The position numbers and the translations under genes were made by a program. A stretch of 64,000 bases of DNA from Candidatus Zixiibacteriota bacterium (GTDB lineage Bacteria > Zixibacteria > MSB-5A5 > GN15 > FEB-12). Of the stretch, positions 17,346 through 28,361 are shown in pieces. The DNA is taken from contig JAWXAN010000035.1 in assembly GCA_034439475.1 (NCBI GenBank), forward strand, positions 5,908 to 69,907, read 5' to 3'. The notes beneath the pieces were generated by a model. The model did no database searches and was not told the origin of the DNA. It worked only from the letters and a program-made list of their open reading frames with translations. The number at the start of each line of letters is the position of its first letter. Position 1 is the first letter of the stretch.

Positions 17346-18760
17346 TGCCCGGCACAGCTTCCACGTTGTCATATGGCAATCAACGTGAAATTCGTAGACA
17401 GATCAAAGAACTTCTGACTAATCCATTAAACCGTGCGAAACTTTCCTCCACCGAGGGTGATCCATCGGTCATCCGCGTCGAAACACAATTCGAGATGGAC
17501 AATCTCAATCTGCTCGATTGGCTTGCTTTGCAAAAGAACGATTTCAAGTTCTATTGGCGGGAGCGTGAGTCGCGCGATGAAACAGCAGGCATTGGCGCCT
17601 CAAGAATTGTCCGTTCTTTACCGGGCGACACCTATCATTCACTTTTCGGGAAATTGCATAGCCTTACCGCAAAAGAGTATCCGACGCTCCGCCTCTATGG
17701 CGGATTTCGGTTTGATCCATACAGCCGCCACCATGATCCAGCTTGGGAGCCTTATGGAGACGCGCTGTTTATTCTTCCGCGATTTGAGTTGAATCGAAAA
17801 GGCGGATATCTTTGCTTTGCCATCAACCTGATGGGGAATGAATTGACCGATGGCTCTCTGGTAAATCTGAGTGAGGAAATTGATGAGCTTGTTTTCTCAC
17901 CAGAATCATCTGATAGGGACCGGAGCGCAAGCTCACTCACGACCAGGGTCAATTTTCCCGAAGAGAAATCATGGCTTTTAGCTGCAGGCGAAGCAATAAG
18001 CTCGCTTCGTTCAGGAGAACCACAAAAAATAGTTTTGTCCCGCCAAGCGTTGCTTGATTTTTCACAGTCTGTCTCACCTTGGAGCTTCCTATCCAAACTC
18101 AGCCAGGAGAATGAGCCATCCTTCCTCATCGGCTTCCAGCCGGCCTACCTGACGGCATTTGTTTCGGCATCTCCGGAGCTGCTCTATTATCGCCAAGGAC
18201 GGAAAGTTTCGAGTGAGGCTATCGCCGGAACGATTCGGCGCGGCTTGGATGAAAACGAAGATCGTAAACTCAGGCAGGCATTGCTTGCCTCGGTCAAAGA
18301 CCGACATGAACATGCGCTCGTAGTCGAAGGAATAAAAGGACGGCTCTCAAACCTTTGCGACAAACTCGACTCAGGAAATCAACCCGAGTTATTGCCTCTC
18401 AGCCGTGTACACCATCTTATCTCACGGTTTAATGGACAGCTCCGTGACACCGTAACCGATGCCAATCTCATTTCCGCGCTTCACCCTACTCCGGCAGTCG
18501 GCGGTTTCCCAATCGATGACGCCCGCGTCCGTATCGCTGGACTTGAACAATTTGACCGCGGTTGGTATGCCGGCCCGGTTGGCTGGGTGGGCTATGATTC
18601 GGCAGAGTTTGCCGTTGCTATACGTTGCGGACTTATTAGCAACAATCGCCTGTGTCTCTATGCCGGAGCCGGAATCGTCAAGGGCTCAACTCCGGAAGGA
18701 GAGTGGGATGAGATCGAGGCAAAGGTGGCGGGATTGTTAGAGGCCGCGACCGGACAATGA
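17345..18760 (+). CDS. menF: isochorismate synthase
   Basis: 471 aa with a chorismate-binding C-terminal domain (ALHPTPAVGG, WYAGPVGW, GAGIV). The gene context is men. Confidence 0.88.
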   Translation: MPGTASTLSYGNQREIRRQIKELLTNPLNRAKLSSTEGDPSVIRVETQFEMDNLNLLDWLALQKNDFKFYWRERESRDETAGIGASRIVRSLPGDTYHSLFGKLHSLTAKEYPTLRLYGGFRFDPYSRHHDPAWEPYGDALFILPRFELNRKGGYLCFAINLMGNELTDGSLVNLSEEIDELVFSPESSDRDRSASSLTTRVNFPEEKSWLLAAGEAISSLRSGEPQKIVLSRQALLDFSQSVSPWSFLSKLSQENEPSFLIGFQPAYLTAFVSASPELLYYRQGRKVSSEAIAGTIRRGLDENEDRKLRQALLASVKDRHEHALVVEGIKGRLSNLCDKLDSGNQPELLPLSRVHHLISRFNGQLRDTVTDANLISALHPTPAVGGFPIDDARVRIAGLEQFDRGWYAGPVGWVGYDSAEFAVAIRCGLISNNRLCLYAGAGIVKGSTPEGEWDEIEAKVAGLLEAATGQ

Positions 18761-20517
18761 TTTTCTCTACCGCCAACATTAATAGTGTCTGGGCGGGTTT
18801 ACTCATCGAAGAACTTTCCCGGCATAATATCACACAGTTTTATATTTCGCCCGGTTCGCGCTCGACACCGCTTGTAGCCGCAGTTGCGCAAAATAGTAGA
18901 GCCGAGAGCGTAATTCATTTTGATGAACGGGGCGCGGCTTTTTGCGCCATTGGTTACGCGCGCGCAGCCAGAAAAGCGGCGGTGCTGATTTGTACAAGTG
19001 GGACAGCGGTCGCAGAATATTTCCCTTCGGTTATAGAAGCATCAATGGACAATCTTCCGCTTATTATTCTTTCTGCCGACAGGCCGACCGAGCTTCATGA
19101 TGTTGGGGCGAATCAAACGATACACCAAGCCGGATTATTTGGCAGGTATGCACGGCACTCGATTGATTTGCCTTGCCCCGATATCGCTATCAGTTCTTTG
19201 TTTGTCCTTGCCACTGTCGACTACGCGGTTCGTTTGGCCCATGGGTCCGAGCCGGGACCCGTACATATCAATTGTCGCTTTCGTGAGCCGCTTGCTCCGA
19301 TAGAGAGTGGCGAGGATTTTCTCTCATATCTCAAACCTGTCGAAACCTGGTCAAAAAACAACAATCCGAATACTCGGCATCAGGTTGGCAAATCCACCTG
19401 CGATAAAACAGCCATCGACCATCTTGCCTCCGAAATAGGTCAATCATCACGAGGCTTGGTCATTGTCGGACAGCTACGAACAAAAGAAGAGCGGGAAAGT
19501 GCTGCCTTGCTCTGCAAAACACTTGATTGGCCAGTGTTTGCGGATGTGACTTCTGGCTTATACTTTGGATTTTCAGTTGACAGTCTGATTGTGCATTATG
19601 ATTTGTTTCTCGGAAGCGAAGTGCATGGGAGAGAAATCAACCTTGATTTTATTTTGCATATTGGCGGACAATTTGTCTCGAGAATGCTTCAGGATTTTAT
19701 CGCACAAACAAGGCCAGTTCATTTTGTTCAGATTGACAGCGTGCCCCGGATAATAGACCCATCGCACCAGCTAACCCAGCGGATAGAGGCAGATATTGCA
19801 ACTTTCTGCGCTCAGCTTCTAACCAAGAGAAATCAGAGCCAATCACGTCTAACTGGATTGCTGACTAAATCCTCAGAGATATCTCAACAAATAATTTGCG
19901 GCAAATTTTCCAAGGCCGAAGCATTAACAGATGTTGGAGTAGTATTTGAGTTATCGAAACAAATCGCTGATAACAGCGGGCTGTTTTTGGCTTCGAGCAT
20001 GCCTATTCGCTTGATGAATATGTACGGTTCAAAAAGCAATTACAATGTCACGGTCGGCTCAAATAGAGGAGTGAGCGGCATTGATGGCACAATCGCCTCG
20101 GCTGTCGGGTTTGCCCAAGGATTGGGTCAGCCAGTCACCCTGCTCATCGGCGACCTTGCCTTTCTCTACGATCTAAACTCGTTGGCGCTTGTGAAACAAT
20201 CTTCACAACAAATTATTATAGTCATCTTGAACAATAATGGGGGCGGGATATTTGCCCATTTGCCAATTGCGAAGTTCGATACTATTTTTGAGAAGTATTT
20301 TATAACACCTCATAATCTTTCTTTTGAACATGCCGCGAAACTTTTCTTAATTCCCTATGTCAATCCCAGGACAAGATCGGATTTTGTGAATCAGTATCAG
20401 CAGGGAGTAAAGTCTGGGAAATCTGCGATAATTGAAATCACTCTGGACCGCGAAAAGGATATGGCGTTGCACAAAGCAATCGTAACCGAAGTCTCAGAAA
20501 AACTCTCCCAATTATAA
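18757..20517 (+). CDS. menD: SEPHCHC synthase (2-succinyl-5-enolpyruvyl-6-hydroxy-3-cyclohexene-1-carboxylate synthase)
   Basis: 586 aa, a ThDP enzyme (N-terminal SPGSRSTPL, C-terminal GIDG...GDLAFLYDLNSL...NNNGGGIF). The start overlaps the menF stop (ATGA). Confidence 0.92.
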   Translation: MIFSTANINSVWAGLLIEELSRHNITQFYISPGSRSTPLVAAVAQNSRAESVIHFDERGAAFCAIGYARAARKAAVLICTSGTAVAEYFPSVIEASMDNLPLIILSADRPTELHDVGANQTIHQAGLFGRYARHSIDLPCPDIAISSLFVLATVDYAVRLAHGSEPGPVHINCRFREPLAPIESGEDFLSYLKPVETWSKNNNPNTRHQVGKSTCDKTAIDHLASEIGQSSRGLVIVGQLRTKEERESAALLCKTLDWPVFADVTSGLYFGFSVDSLIVHYDLFLGSEVHGREINLDFILHIGGQFVSRMLQDFIAQTRPVHFVQIDSVPRIIDPSHQLTQRIEADIATFCAQLLTKRNQSQSRLTGLLTKSSEISQQIICGKFSKAEALTDVGVVFELSKQIADNSGLFLASSMPIRLMNMYGSKSNYNVTVGSNRGVSGIDGTIASAVGFAQGLGQPVTLLIGDLAFLYDLNSLALVKQSSQQIIIVILNNNGGGIFAHLPIAKFDTIFEKYFITPHNLSFEHAAKLFLIPYVNPRTRSDFVNQYQQGVKSGKSAIIEITLDREKDMALHKAIVTEVSEKLSQL

Positions 20518-20528
20518 AAACAACTCTG

Positions 20529-21326
20529 ATGACTGTTTCCCTAAATTACTTTCTTTCCGGTTACAAGGAACTTCCCACACTCATTCTTCTGCATGGATTT
20601 CTCGGAAGCGTTCATGACTGGCAGAAAATCGCCGAGCGACTGTCGGGGACACACCGCATACTTGCAGTTGACTTGCCGGGGCATGGACAATCACTGCTCT
20701 CGAACGAAAACGACTATACTTTCGAGCGAACAGCGAAACTTATTATCGAGATATTGGATAGGGAAAAGATCGTTGCGGCAGATATAACGGGCTATTCGAT
20801 GGGCGGAAGGCTGGCTCTCTTTCTTGCGCTGCGCTTTTCGACTCGAATACGAAGCATAACTCTCATCTCTGCATCTCCCGGACTGAAAACAGACCAGGAA
20901 CGACATCTTCGGCGTGCGCAGGATACCCAACTGAGAGCAAGACTTGCAATCGATCCGCTCGAGACTTTTATCGATTTTTGGTATAGCCAAAAACTTTTTG
21001 CGTCCCTAATAGAACACGAGGAAGTATTCAAAGCTATTCGTCAAAGCAGGCTTAATAACAATGCTCAGGGGCTCATGAACTCACTCAAGCACGCCGGAAC
21101 TGGCGCACAGCCATCACTCTGGCCAGAGCTTCCTACTATTCAGATGCCAGTTCTGCTTCCTGTAGGAGAATACGACCCGAAATTTATTGCCATCGCTGAA
21201 GAAATGGCCTCCTTGTGCCCGTCGGCGCAACTGCGTATTATTCAATCGGCAGGCCACGCGCTTCCATTTGAGAAGCCCTTGGCAATATGCGAAAGTATAG
21301 AACAATTTTTGGACGCCAGACATTGA
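20529..21326 (+). CDS. menH: SHCHC synthase (alpha/beta hydrolase MenH)
   Basis: 265 aa with HGFLGS, the nucleophile GYSMGG and a C-terminal GH. It sits between menD and menB. Confidence 0.75.
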   Translation: MTVSLNYFLSGYKELPTLILLHGFLGSVHDWQKIAERLSGTHRILAVDLPGHGQSLLSNENDYTFERTAKLIIEILDREKIVAADITGYSMGGRLALFLALRFSTRIRSITLISASPGLKTDQERHLRRAQDTQLRARLAIDPLETFIDFWYSQKLFASLIEHEEVFKAIRQSRLNNNAQGLMNSLKHAGTGAQPSLWPELPTIQMPVLLPVGEYDPKFIAIAEEMASLCPSAQLRIIQSAGHALPFEKPLAICESIEQFLDARH

Positions 21327-21336
21327 GGATAAGCAA

Positions 21337-22164
21337 ATGCCCGTTTCAACTGTTCAGTGGGAATCACACGGCTCGTATACCGACATACTCTATCACAAAG
21401 CCGACGGCATCGCAAAAATCACAATCAACCGACCCGAAATCCGCAATGCCTTCCGACCGCTCACGGTAAATGAAATGTCGGCGGCCCTCTCTGATGCCCG
21501 CCATGATCAGACAATAGGGGTCGTCATTCTTACCGGCGCCGGGGACAAGGCATTCTGCAGTGGCGGCGACCAGAAAATTCGCGGCGATGCCGGTTACACT
21601 GACACAACAGGCATAGATCAACTGAACGTGTTGGATTTTCAAAGACAGATGCGCACGTGTCCCAAGCCGATAATCGCCATGGTAGCCGGCTATGCCATCG
21701 GAGGCGGTCATGTTTTGCACATGCTTTGCGACCTTACTATCGCCGCCGATAATGCCATTTTCGGACAGACCGGCCCCAAAGTCGGCTCATTCGATGGTGG
21801 GTATGGGGCTTCATATATGGCTCGGCTGGTCGGCCAAAAAAAGGCGCGTGAGATTTGGTTTTTGTGCCGCCAGTATAACGCTGCGCAGGCTCTGGCGATG
21901 GGACTGGTGAATACAGTTGTGCCGCTGGCTGAACTTGAGGCCGAAACAATCCAATGGTCGCGCGAGATTCTGGCCAATTCCCCGATGGCAATTCGCACAC
22001 TCAAAGCCGCGCTCAATGCCGACTGCGACGGCCAGGCCGGTCTGCAGGAATTGGCCGGTAACGCGACGCTCCTTTATTATATGAGCGAGGAAGCGCAGGA
22101 AGGCCGCAATGCGTTTGTTGAAAAACGTAAGCCGGATTTTTCAAAGTTTCCGCGCCGTCCATAA
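21337..22164 (+). CDS. menB: 1,4-dihydroxy-2-naphthoyl-CoA synthase
   Basis: 275 aa with a crotonase fold and strong MenB similarity ([34 protein letters not shown]). Confidence 0.95.
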   Translation: MPVSTVQWESHGSYTDILYHKADGIAKITINRPEIRNAFRPLTVNEMSAALSDARHDQTIGVVILTGAGDKAFCSGGDQKIRGDAGYTDTTGIDQLNVLDFQRQMRTCPKPIIAMVAGYAIGGGHVLHMLCDLTIAADNAIFGQTGPKVGSFDGGYGASYMARLVGQKKAREIWFLCRQYNAAQALAMGLVNTVVPLAELEAETIQWSREILANSPMAIRTLKAALNADCDGQAGLQELAGNATLLYYMSEEAQEGRNAFVEKRKPDFSKFPRRP

Positions 22165-22176
22165 CATTGACTCATA

Positions 22177-23061
22177 ATGCCGTTATCAGCTCTTAACATT
22201 TGGATTCTGGCCATCCGTCCAAAAACTCTCTGGGCGGCTGTCTCGCCGGTAATTCTCGGCTGCGCTTTTGCCAAAGCCGACAATGGCTTCCACCTTTTGC
22301 CAGCGCTTGCCGCTTTGTTTGGCGGCTTGATGATCCAAATCGGCACAAATCTCGCCAATGACTATTTTGACTTTATCAAAGGGAGCGACACAAATGAGCG
22401 GGTCGGCCCGAAACGAGTGACACAGGCGGGTCTGGTCTCCTCACATGCCATAATCCGCGCGACTATTGCCGCCTTTACGCTTGCCTTTATCGCCGGAATT
22501 TATCTTGTCTCCCGCGGCGGGTGGCCGATTGTGACAATTGGGCTATTCTCAATTCTCTTCGGTGTTCTTTATACGGGCGGGCCGTTTCCGCTGGGATATA
22601 ACGGGCTTGGTGAAATTTTTGCCTTCATATTTTTCGGCCCGATAGCTGTCGCTGGAACCTATTACATCCAAGCGCTTGATCTGAACACCTCGGTTGTGAT
22701 CGCCGGTTTTGCTCCGGGATTATTTTCGGTTGCGATACTCACGGTAAATAATCTGCGCGATATTGAAGGAGATCGGTACGCTGGCAAAAAAACGCTGGCT
22801 GTTCGATTTGGCGCGGAATGGACGCGAATGCAGTACCTCCTCTCGGTCATGCTTGCGCTACAGGTACCGCTTCTGGTTGTAGTGCTCAATTCCGGCCAGA
22901 TATGGGCAATTCTTTCACTGATAACATTACCATTCGCTTTCTTTATATCAAGGAAGATATTCAGCACCCGTGATCCTGAAGTGCTCAATGCAATGCTTGG
23001 CGCAACCGGGCAATTGATGCTGGCTCACACCCTTTTGTTTTCGCTCGGCTGGCTTTTATGA
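22177..23061 (+). CDS. menA: 1,4-dihydroxy-2-naphthoate polyprenyltransferase
   Basis: 294 aa, UbiA-family membrane protein with [11 protein letters not shown] and NNLRDIEGD motifs. Confidence 0.9.
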   Translation: MPLSALNIWILAIRPKTLWAAVSPVILGCAFAKADNGFHLLPALAALFGGLMIQIGTNLANDYFDFIKGSDTNERVGPKRVTQAGLVSSHAIIRATIAAFTLAFIAGIYLVSRGGWPIVTIGLFSILFGVLYTGGPFPLGYNGLGEIFAFIFFGPIAVAGTYYIQALDLNTSVVIAGFAPGLFSVAILTVNNLRDIEGDRYAGKKTLAVRFGAEWTRMQYLLSVMLALQVPLLVVVLNSGQIWAILSLITLPFAFFISRKIFSTRDPEVLNAMLGATGQLMLAHTLLFSLGWLL

Positions 23062-24194
23062 CAATTTCAGATATTCGGATTTATCGTTACGAGTTGCCGC
23101 TTCGTCGGCCACTGACACTTAGACATAAGATAATTTCGACTCGGGTGGGGCTGGTTATTGGCCTGACAGATACGGATTGCGTCACTGGTTATGGAGAATG
23201 TGCGCCTTTGCCGGGTGTGAGCGCGGAGTCGGTGGATGAGGCTACAACTCAGTGTAAGCTTTTGCGGCAGAGATTATTGAAAATAGCAATTCCGGAAAAT
23301 GTAATCGGGCACAATAACGGTTTCGAACGATGGCTCTATACACAGAATGTCTGCCTTGGCCAGAGGATTTATCCATCGGTGCGCATGGGTTTGGAAATGG
23401 CAGGACTAAATCTTATAACGTCGCAGCAACAGCTTCCACTACGCAAACTGTTTTTAGAAAAATCCGCCGGATTTGTCAATGTCAATGGCTTGATTGTTGG
23501 GACTGTTAAGGAAATACAATCGAGAGCTATTGCGTTTGTTGCTGAAGGTTACATGACCCTCAAAATTAAAGTTGGCCGTTTGCCGCTTAGCGAAGAGATT
23601 TCCCTAATCAATTCTGTTCGACAGGCAATAGGAACGGAAATAAAACTCAGACTCGACGCAAACCGGGCATGGTCGTTTGAAGATGCGGTTTCATTTGGGA
23701 AAGGTGTTGCGCAGTGCGAGATTGAATACATCGAAGAACCGCTCGCGGATTCCACAAGGCTTGAGGAACTCTATGAGCAAACGGGAATGCCTATTTGTCT
23801 GGACGAGTCTCTTTCAGATGCGAATACGGCGAAAGATAGCCCAAGTCTGACACTTCAGGTATTTGGGGGGCTTGTGGCTGTCGTCATTCGTCCAACGGTT
23901 TTGGGCGGATTCGAGCGAAGCTTGCTGTTGACAAAAAAAGCAGCGGATCAAAATATCACGCCAGTTGTCAGTTCCGCCTTCGAATCATCGCTCGGCATCT
24001 ATGCGCTGGCTTCGTTTGCATCTGCATTGCCTGATCCGCAAATCGCCTGTGGTTTTGATACGCTCTCCTGGCTCGCTGATGATATCCTAAGTTCCCCTCT
24101 ATCAATTGCTGATGGCAAGATCGATTTGGGAGTTCATGACAACATCCAGGATCATATCTGTTTTGAGAAGCTAATCGAGATTGGCAATGTCTGA
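23058..24194 (+). CDS. menC: o-succinylbenzoate synthase (enolase superfamily)
   Basis: 378 aa with KIKVG, LRLDANRAW, IEYIEEP and LDES metal-ligand motifs. It overlaps both menA and menE. Confidence 0.85.
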   Translation: MTISDIRIYRYELPLRRPLTLRHKIISTRVGLVIGLTDTDCVTGYGECAPLPGVSAESVDEATTQCKLLRQRLLKIAIPENVIGHNNGFERWLYTQNVCLGQRIYPSVRMGLEMAGLNLITSQQQLPLRKLFLEKSAGFVNVNGLIVGTVKEIQSRAIAFVAEGYMTLKIKVGRLPLSEEISLINSVRQAIGTEIKLRLDANRAWSFEDAVSFGKGVAQCEIEYIEEPLADSTRLEELYEQTGMPICLDESLSDANTAKDSPSLTLQVFGGLVAVVIRPTVLGGFERSLLLTKKAADQNITPVVSSAFESSLGIYALASFASALPDPQIACGFDTLSWLADDILSSPLSIADGKIDLGVHDNIQDHICFEKLIEIGNV

Positions 24195-25668
24195 AACGCT
24201 ACAACTTTTTGAAAGCTTAGATGGACAATTTGCCGACCTACCGGCGCTTGTTGACATCAGGCAAACCTTTTCGTATTCCAAATACTTTCAGCGAGCGGCT
24301 CAGGTTGCCTCGAATTTGAAAGATGCAGGTCTCAGACCCGGGGACCGCCTTGCAATTATTGGCAGCAATTCTATAGACTATGCCCTGCTTGTGATGGGCG
24401 CAATCCAGGCCGGTGTTGTCGCCGCACCTTTAAGCACACGACTGCCGACAGAAGCTATCGCCATGCAGCTGAATCAAATAGATGCAAGCCATTTAGTCAT
24501 ACTAAATGGTGATATGACGGCCGCTGGTTTTGATAGTGTTAATGTGCATTCCGCGGAAGAACTATTGGCTGAAAATACCACCAAGTCCCGGATGTCATTG
24601 CCATCAAAGCAATCAGCCAACCAACTGGCAACTATGATTTTTACTTCTGGCAGTTCAGGTAACCCCAAAGCAGCATTGCACACACTGGGCAATCATTATT
24701 ATAGCGCGCTTGGGGTTAATCAGGCTCTTCGATTTGAGACAGGTAGTCGCTGGCTGCAGATACTTCCGCTCTGCCATGTCGGCGGACTTGGCATTCTGTT
24801 TCGTGCGATAATTGCGCATGGGACAGTTGTCTTCCATGACTCATCGCAAAGTATCGTAGAATCACTCGTTGATAATAGAATCACACATCTCTCGATAGTC
24901 TCAACCCAGGCTCAGCGTTTGTTTGAAGAACTGACGATCCATCGAACTCAATTCCCGTTTCTTAAAGCCATTCTTCTCGGTGGGAGCGCGCTATCGGATC
25001 GATTGATACAAAGCCTTCTTTCGCTCGGATTGCCGGTCTTCACATCATACGGCCTGACCGAAATGACATCGACAGCGACAATCACATCGGGAAGTGACAC
25101 AAAGATAGGATCGTCCGGCAAAGTGCTTTCCTACCGGGAATTGAAGATCGATGCCAATAGTGAAATATTGACGCGCGGTCAAACACTTTTTGCAGGATAC
25201 TGCAAAGGCAAATCAGTGCGCAAACCGGTTGATGATGGAGGATGGTATCACACCGGAGATATGGGAAAACTCGATAGTTCGGGCGATTTGATTGTGACTG
25301 GCCGCAAAGACAATCTATTTATTTCCGGCGGAGAAAATATTTATCCCGAGGAAATCGAGAGAGCTTTATCCACAATCGAGGGGATTGTCGAAGCTGTTGT
25401 TGTGCCAGTGAGCGATACCCAATTTGGCTTCCGACCGGTCGCCCTCATTCGACTCTTCAATAGCTCCGATCACGTTTTGATAGACTCTTTGATACCACGC
25501 ATCCGGGCAACACTCGCCAACATTCTGCCCCGTTTCAAGATACCATCCGCCTTCTTTTTATTACCTGATAATGTAGATTTAAGTTCGCCGGGTATAAAGC
25601 GCGACCGAAAAGCATTGCAAAAATATGCGGAAGCTCAGATGGCCAAATCTATTCGCAGCAGTGAATAA
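24181..25668 (+). CDS. menE: o-succinylbenzoate--CoA ligase
   Basis: 495 aa with AMP-binding motifs MIFTSGSSGNPKAA, YGLTE, GWYHTGD and GRKDN. Confidence 0.88.
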   Translation: MAMSETLQLFESLDGQFADLPALVDIRQTFSYSKYFQRAAQVASNLKDAGLRPGDRLAIIGSNSIDYALLVMGAIQAGVVAAPLSTRLPTEAIAMQLNQIDASHLVILNGDMTAAGFDSVNVHSAEELLAENTTKSRMSLPSKQSANQLATMIFTSGSSGNPKAALHTLGNHYYSALGVNQALRFETGSRWLQILPLCHVGGLGILFRAIIAHGTVVFHDSSQSIVESLVDNRITHLSIVSTQAQRLFEELTIHRTQFPFLKAILLGGSALSDRLIQSLLSLGLPVFTSYGLTEMTSTATITSGSDTKIGSSGKVLSYRELKIDANSEILTRGQTLFAGYCKGKSVRKPVDDGGWYHTGDMGKLDSSGDLIVTGRKDNLFISGGENIYPEEIERALSTIEGIVEAVVVPVSDTQFGFRPVALIRLFNSSDHVLIDSLIPRIRATLANILPRFKIPSAFFLLPDNVDLSSPGIKRDRKALQKYAEAQMAKSIRSSE

Positions 25669-26071
25669 GGGCGTCGCGGAGTTTCTTCGGAAGTTCTTTC
25701 TTGGCGCGCGTTGTCTTGTCGATACAGATATGTACCGTTTTCGCGCTTCCGACCAACTCTTTTTTAACATTAAGCAGGCGATAAACCAGGACAAAGGCAT
25801 GTGTCGAATTGCTTTCGCAAGTCATTTCGATGCAAAGCTCGTCTCCCACAAAAAGCGACTTTTTGTATTCAGATTCGGCCTTGATTATCGGCAGAAGAAA
25901 ATCTGATTCGGAGAGTATATACCGCATCGAACAGCCCGCTTCTTCCAAAAATGCCTCATAGCAGTCATGGACAAAAGCCAGTTGATGTGCGAAAAAGAGC
26001 AGTCCCGCCGCATCGGTGTGGTGCATTTTTACTGATGATGCGTATACAAATGCCATTCTGACCTCTGCCAA
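25649..26071 (-). CDS. hotdog-fold (4HBT-type) thioesterase, probable DHNA-CoA hydrolase
   Basis: 140 aa with the 4HBT-like N-terminal HHTDAAGLLFFA segment. It is convergent with menE and overlaps it by 20 nt. The functional link to the pathway is inferred from position only. Confidence 0.6.
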   Translation of the reverse strand: MAEVRMAFVYASSVKMHHTDAAGLLFFAHQLAFVHDCYEAFLEEAGCSMRYILSESDFLLPIIKAESEYKKSLFVGDELCIEMTCESNSTHAFVLVYRLLNVKKELVGSAKTVHICIDKTTRAKKELPKKLRDALIHCCE

Positions 26072-26196
26072 TAAGAATTAGATTGAACAACTATACCGTA
26101 ACGTACGTCTAAAATTCAGTAAATACAATCTTGTGTACAAGTAAATTATAATGTTACTTTGCCCGCCAGAGAGAAAAACAAAACAGAGGAGTACAG

Positions 26197-28092
26197 ATGA
26201 ACCGCCCCCTAACATTGACCGGATTTGGATATGTCCTTTTTGGATTGCTGCTCGTATTCTTATTGGGAGCAACCATCCTTCTGGCCCAAACCAAAGCCGT
26301 CCAAAAACGCTCTGAAATCGCCGAGAAAGACAAATGGGATTTGACCAGCCTCTATGCATCCAAAGAGGCTTGGGAAAAGGAATACAGCAGCCTTGAAGCC
26401 AGCCTGACCAAATTCGATGCCTATAAAGGCACACTCAAAAACTCGCCCTCCCAGCTTGTTGGAGTGCTCAAACTCAATGACTCGCTCGGGCTGGTCATGT
26501 CCAATTTGTATGTCTACGCCAACCTGAAATTCGATGAGGACCAGCAGGTGAGCGAAGCGCAGGAAATGTCGGACCGGGTTTCCGGGCTATATTCTCGATT
26601 TGGACAGGCCACTTCGTTTATTGTGCCTGAAATTCTCTCACTCAGCGGCGATCAATTACAGACATTTCTCAAAAGCACACCCGAGCTTGATGTCTACCGC
26701 TTCTATCTCGAAGACATTGCTCGTCAACGAGCGCATATTCTCTCCGAACGTGAAGAAGAACTTCTGGCAATGGCAGGACCGGTAACTTCATCGCCGCAGC
26801 AGATATTTGAAATGATAAACAATGCCGATATTTCATACGGCACAATTAAAGATGAAACTGGTCAGGAAGTCGAGCTGACCAAAGAACGCTACTATGCTTT
26901 GCTCGAATCCCCTGACCGACGTGTGCGACGTGACGCCAATCACGCTTTCAATAGCGGCTACCTTGAACATGTCAACACTCTTGCGGCGACTCTGGCCGGA
27001 TCGGTTAAATCAGACTATTTCCAGATGAAAGCCCGCGGTTACAACACCTGCCTTGAGATGGCCCTCGATGCCGACAATATTCCGCCGAGCGTCTATCATA
27101 ATCTGGTCGATGCGGTAAATGCCAATCTTGCTCCGCTCCATAAATGGGCGGCCGTCCGCAAACGCATTCTTGGTGTGGACACACTCTATAACTATGATAT
27201 GAGCGCGCCGCTTCTGCCGGGCAAAGCCAAAGAATATACCTACGATGAAGCCAAACAAAAAATCATCGCGGGTCTTGCTCCGATGGGTAAAAAATATCTG
27301 GCTGATTTTGAAAAAGGCCTAAACTCCCGCTGGGTCGATGTCTACGAAAACGATGGCAAACGCTCAGGAGCCTACAACTGGGGAACGCACTCTTCACACC
27401 CGCATATTCTTCTAAACTTTAATGGAACCCTCGATGCCGTCTTTACCCTTGCCCATGAGATGGGGCATGGCATGCATAGTTTCTATACCAACCTCCACGA
27501 GCCTGTTATATACGGCGACCACTATATTTTCACTGCCGAGGTCGCTTCGACATGCAACGAAGCCGTGCTCATGAAATACCTGCTCGAAAAGACCAGCGAC
27601 AAAACCGAAAAGCTCCGTCTGCTCATTCATTACATTGATCAAATTATCGGTACATTCTACACCCAGGTTAGCTTCTCGGAGTTTGAGCTGGCCATCCATG
27701 ACCGTGTAGAGAAGGGGGGCGCTCTCTCAGCCGATTTCCTTCGTAAAACCTGGCGGGATATCAATCAGCGCTACTACGGCCCCGAGCTTGTCATCGACAG
27801 TGTGAATGACCTGACCGGAATACGTATCCCGCATTTTTATAATGAATATTACGTCTACCAGTATGCGACCTGCTACGCAGCCGCTCAGGCGCTGTCACAG
27901 AAGATTCTAAAAAAGGAAAAGGGCGCCCTCGAAACCTATCATCGTTTTCTCGGCACCGGCACCTCGAAGTATCCGGTCGATATTCTCAAAGACGCCGGAG
28001 TGGACATGACCACATCACAGCCGGTCGATGCGACGATCAAGGTTTTCAGTGACCTCGTAAATGAAGTGGAGCGCTTGCTCAATTCTAAGTGA
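26197..28092 (+). CDS. pepF: oligoendopeptidase F (M3B)
   Basis: 631 aa with the zinc motif HEMGH and M3B-like flanks. It has an N-terminal signal or anchor segment. Confidence 0.88.
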   Translation: MNRPLTLTGFGYVLFGLLLVFLLGATILLAQTKAVQKRSEIAEKDKWDLTSLYASKEAWEKEYSSLEASLTKFDAYKGTLKNSPSQLVGVLKLNDSLGLVMSNLYVYANLKFDEDQQVSEAQEMSDRVSGLYSRFGQATSFIVPEILSLSGDQLQTFLKSTPELDVYRFYLEDIARQRAHILSEREEELLAMAGPVTSSPQQIFEMINNADISYGTIKDETGQEVELTKERYYALLESPDRRVRRDANHAFNSGYLEHVNTLAATLAGSVKSDYFQMKARGYNTCLEMALDADNIPPSVYHNLVDAVNANLAPLHKWAAVRKRILGVDTLYNYDMSAPLLPGKAKEYTYDEAKQKIIAGLAPMGKKYLADFEKGLNSRWVDVYENDGKRSGAYNWGTHSSHPHILLNFNGTLDAVFTLAHEMGHGMHSFYTNLHEPVIYGDHYIFTAEVASTCNEAVLMKYLLEKTSDKTEKLRLLIHYIDQIIGTFYTQVSFSEFELAIHDRVEKGGALSADFLRKTWRDINQRYYGPELVIDSVNDLTGIRIPHFYNEYYVYQYATCYAAAQALSQKILKKEKGALETYHRFLGTGTSKYPVDILKDAGVDMTTSQPVDATIKVFSDLVNEVERLLNSK

Positions 28093-28127
28093 ACGAGAGT
28101 CCAAAAGCTCAAAGATTTTGATTCAAA

Positions 28128-28157
28128 GAAAAGCTGGCGCGAAATCGCCAGCTTTTC
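28128..28157 (+). terminator. Rho-independent terminator after pepF (bidirectional shape)
   Basis: GAAAAGCTGGCG-cgaaat-CGCCAGCTTTTC followed by TTAT. The A and T runs on both sides would allow function in either direction. Confidence 0.7.
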
Positions 28158-28361
28158 TTATGTCCTCGCGGATGCCTGTCCGCAGTGGCGGCTTCTCTTT
28201 TCCGTTAGGTCTTGGCTTTGGCTAAGCGCAGCAACGACAAAGATGTGACCTGGCGGTCACTTGGTGTGGGCCAGTCCCCTGGAAACACACCGCACGAATA
28301 TCAACACCGACTACCGGTCTTCACTGGGATGTCAATGTAAGGGTTAAACCGATAAAATAAA

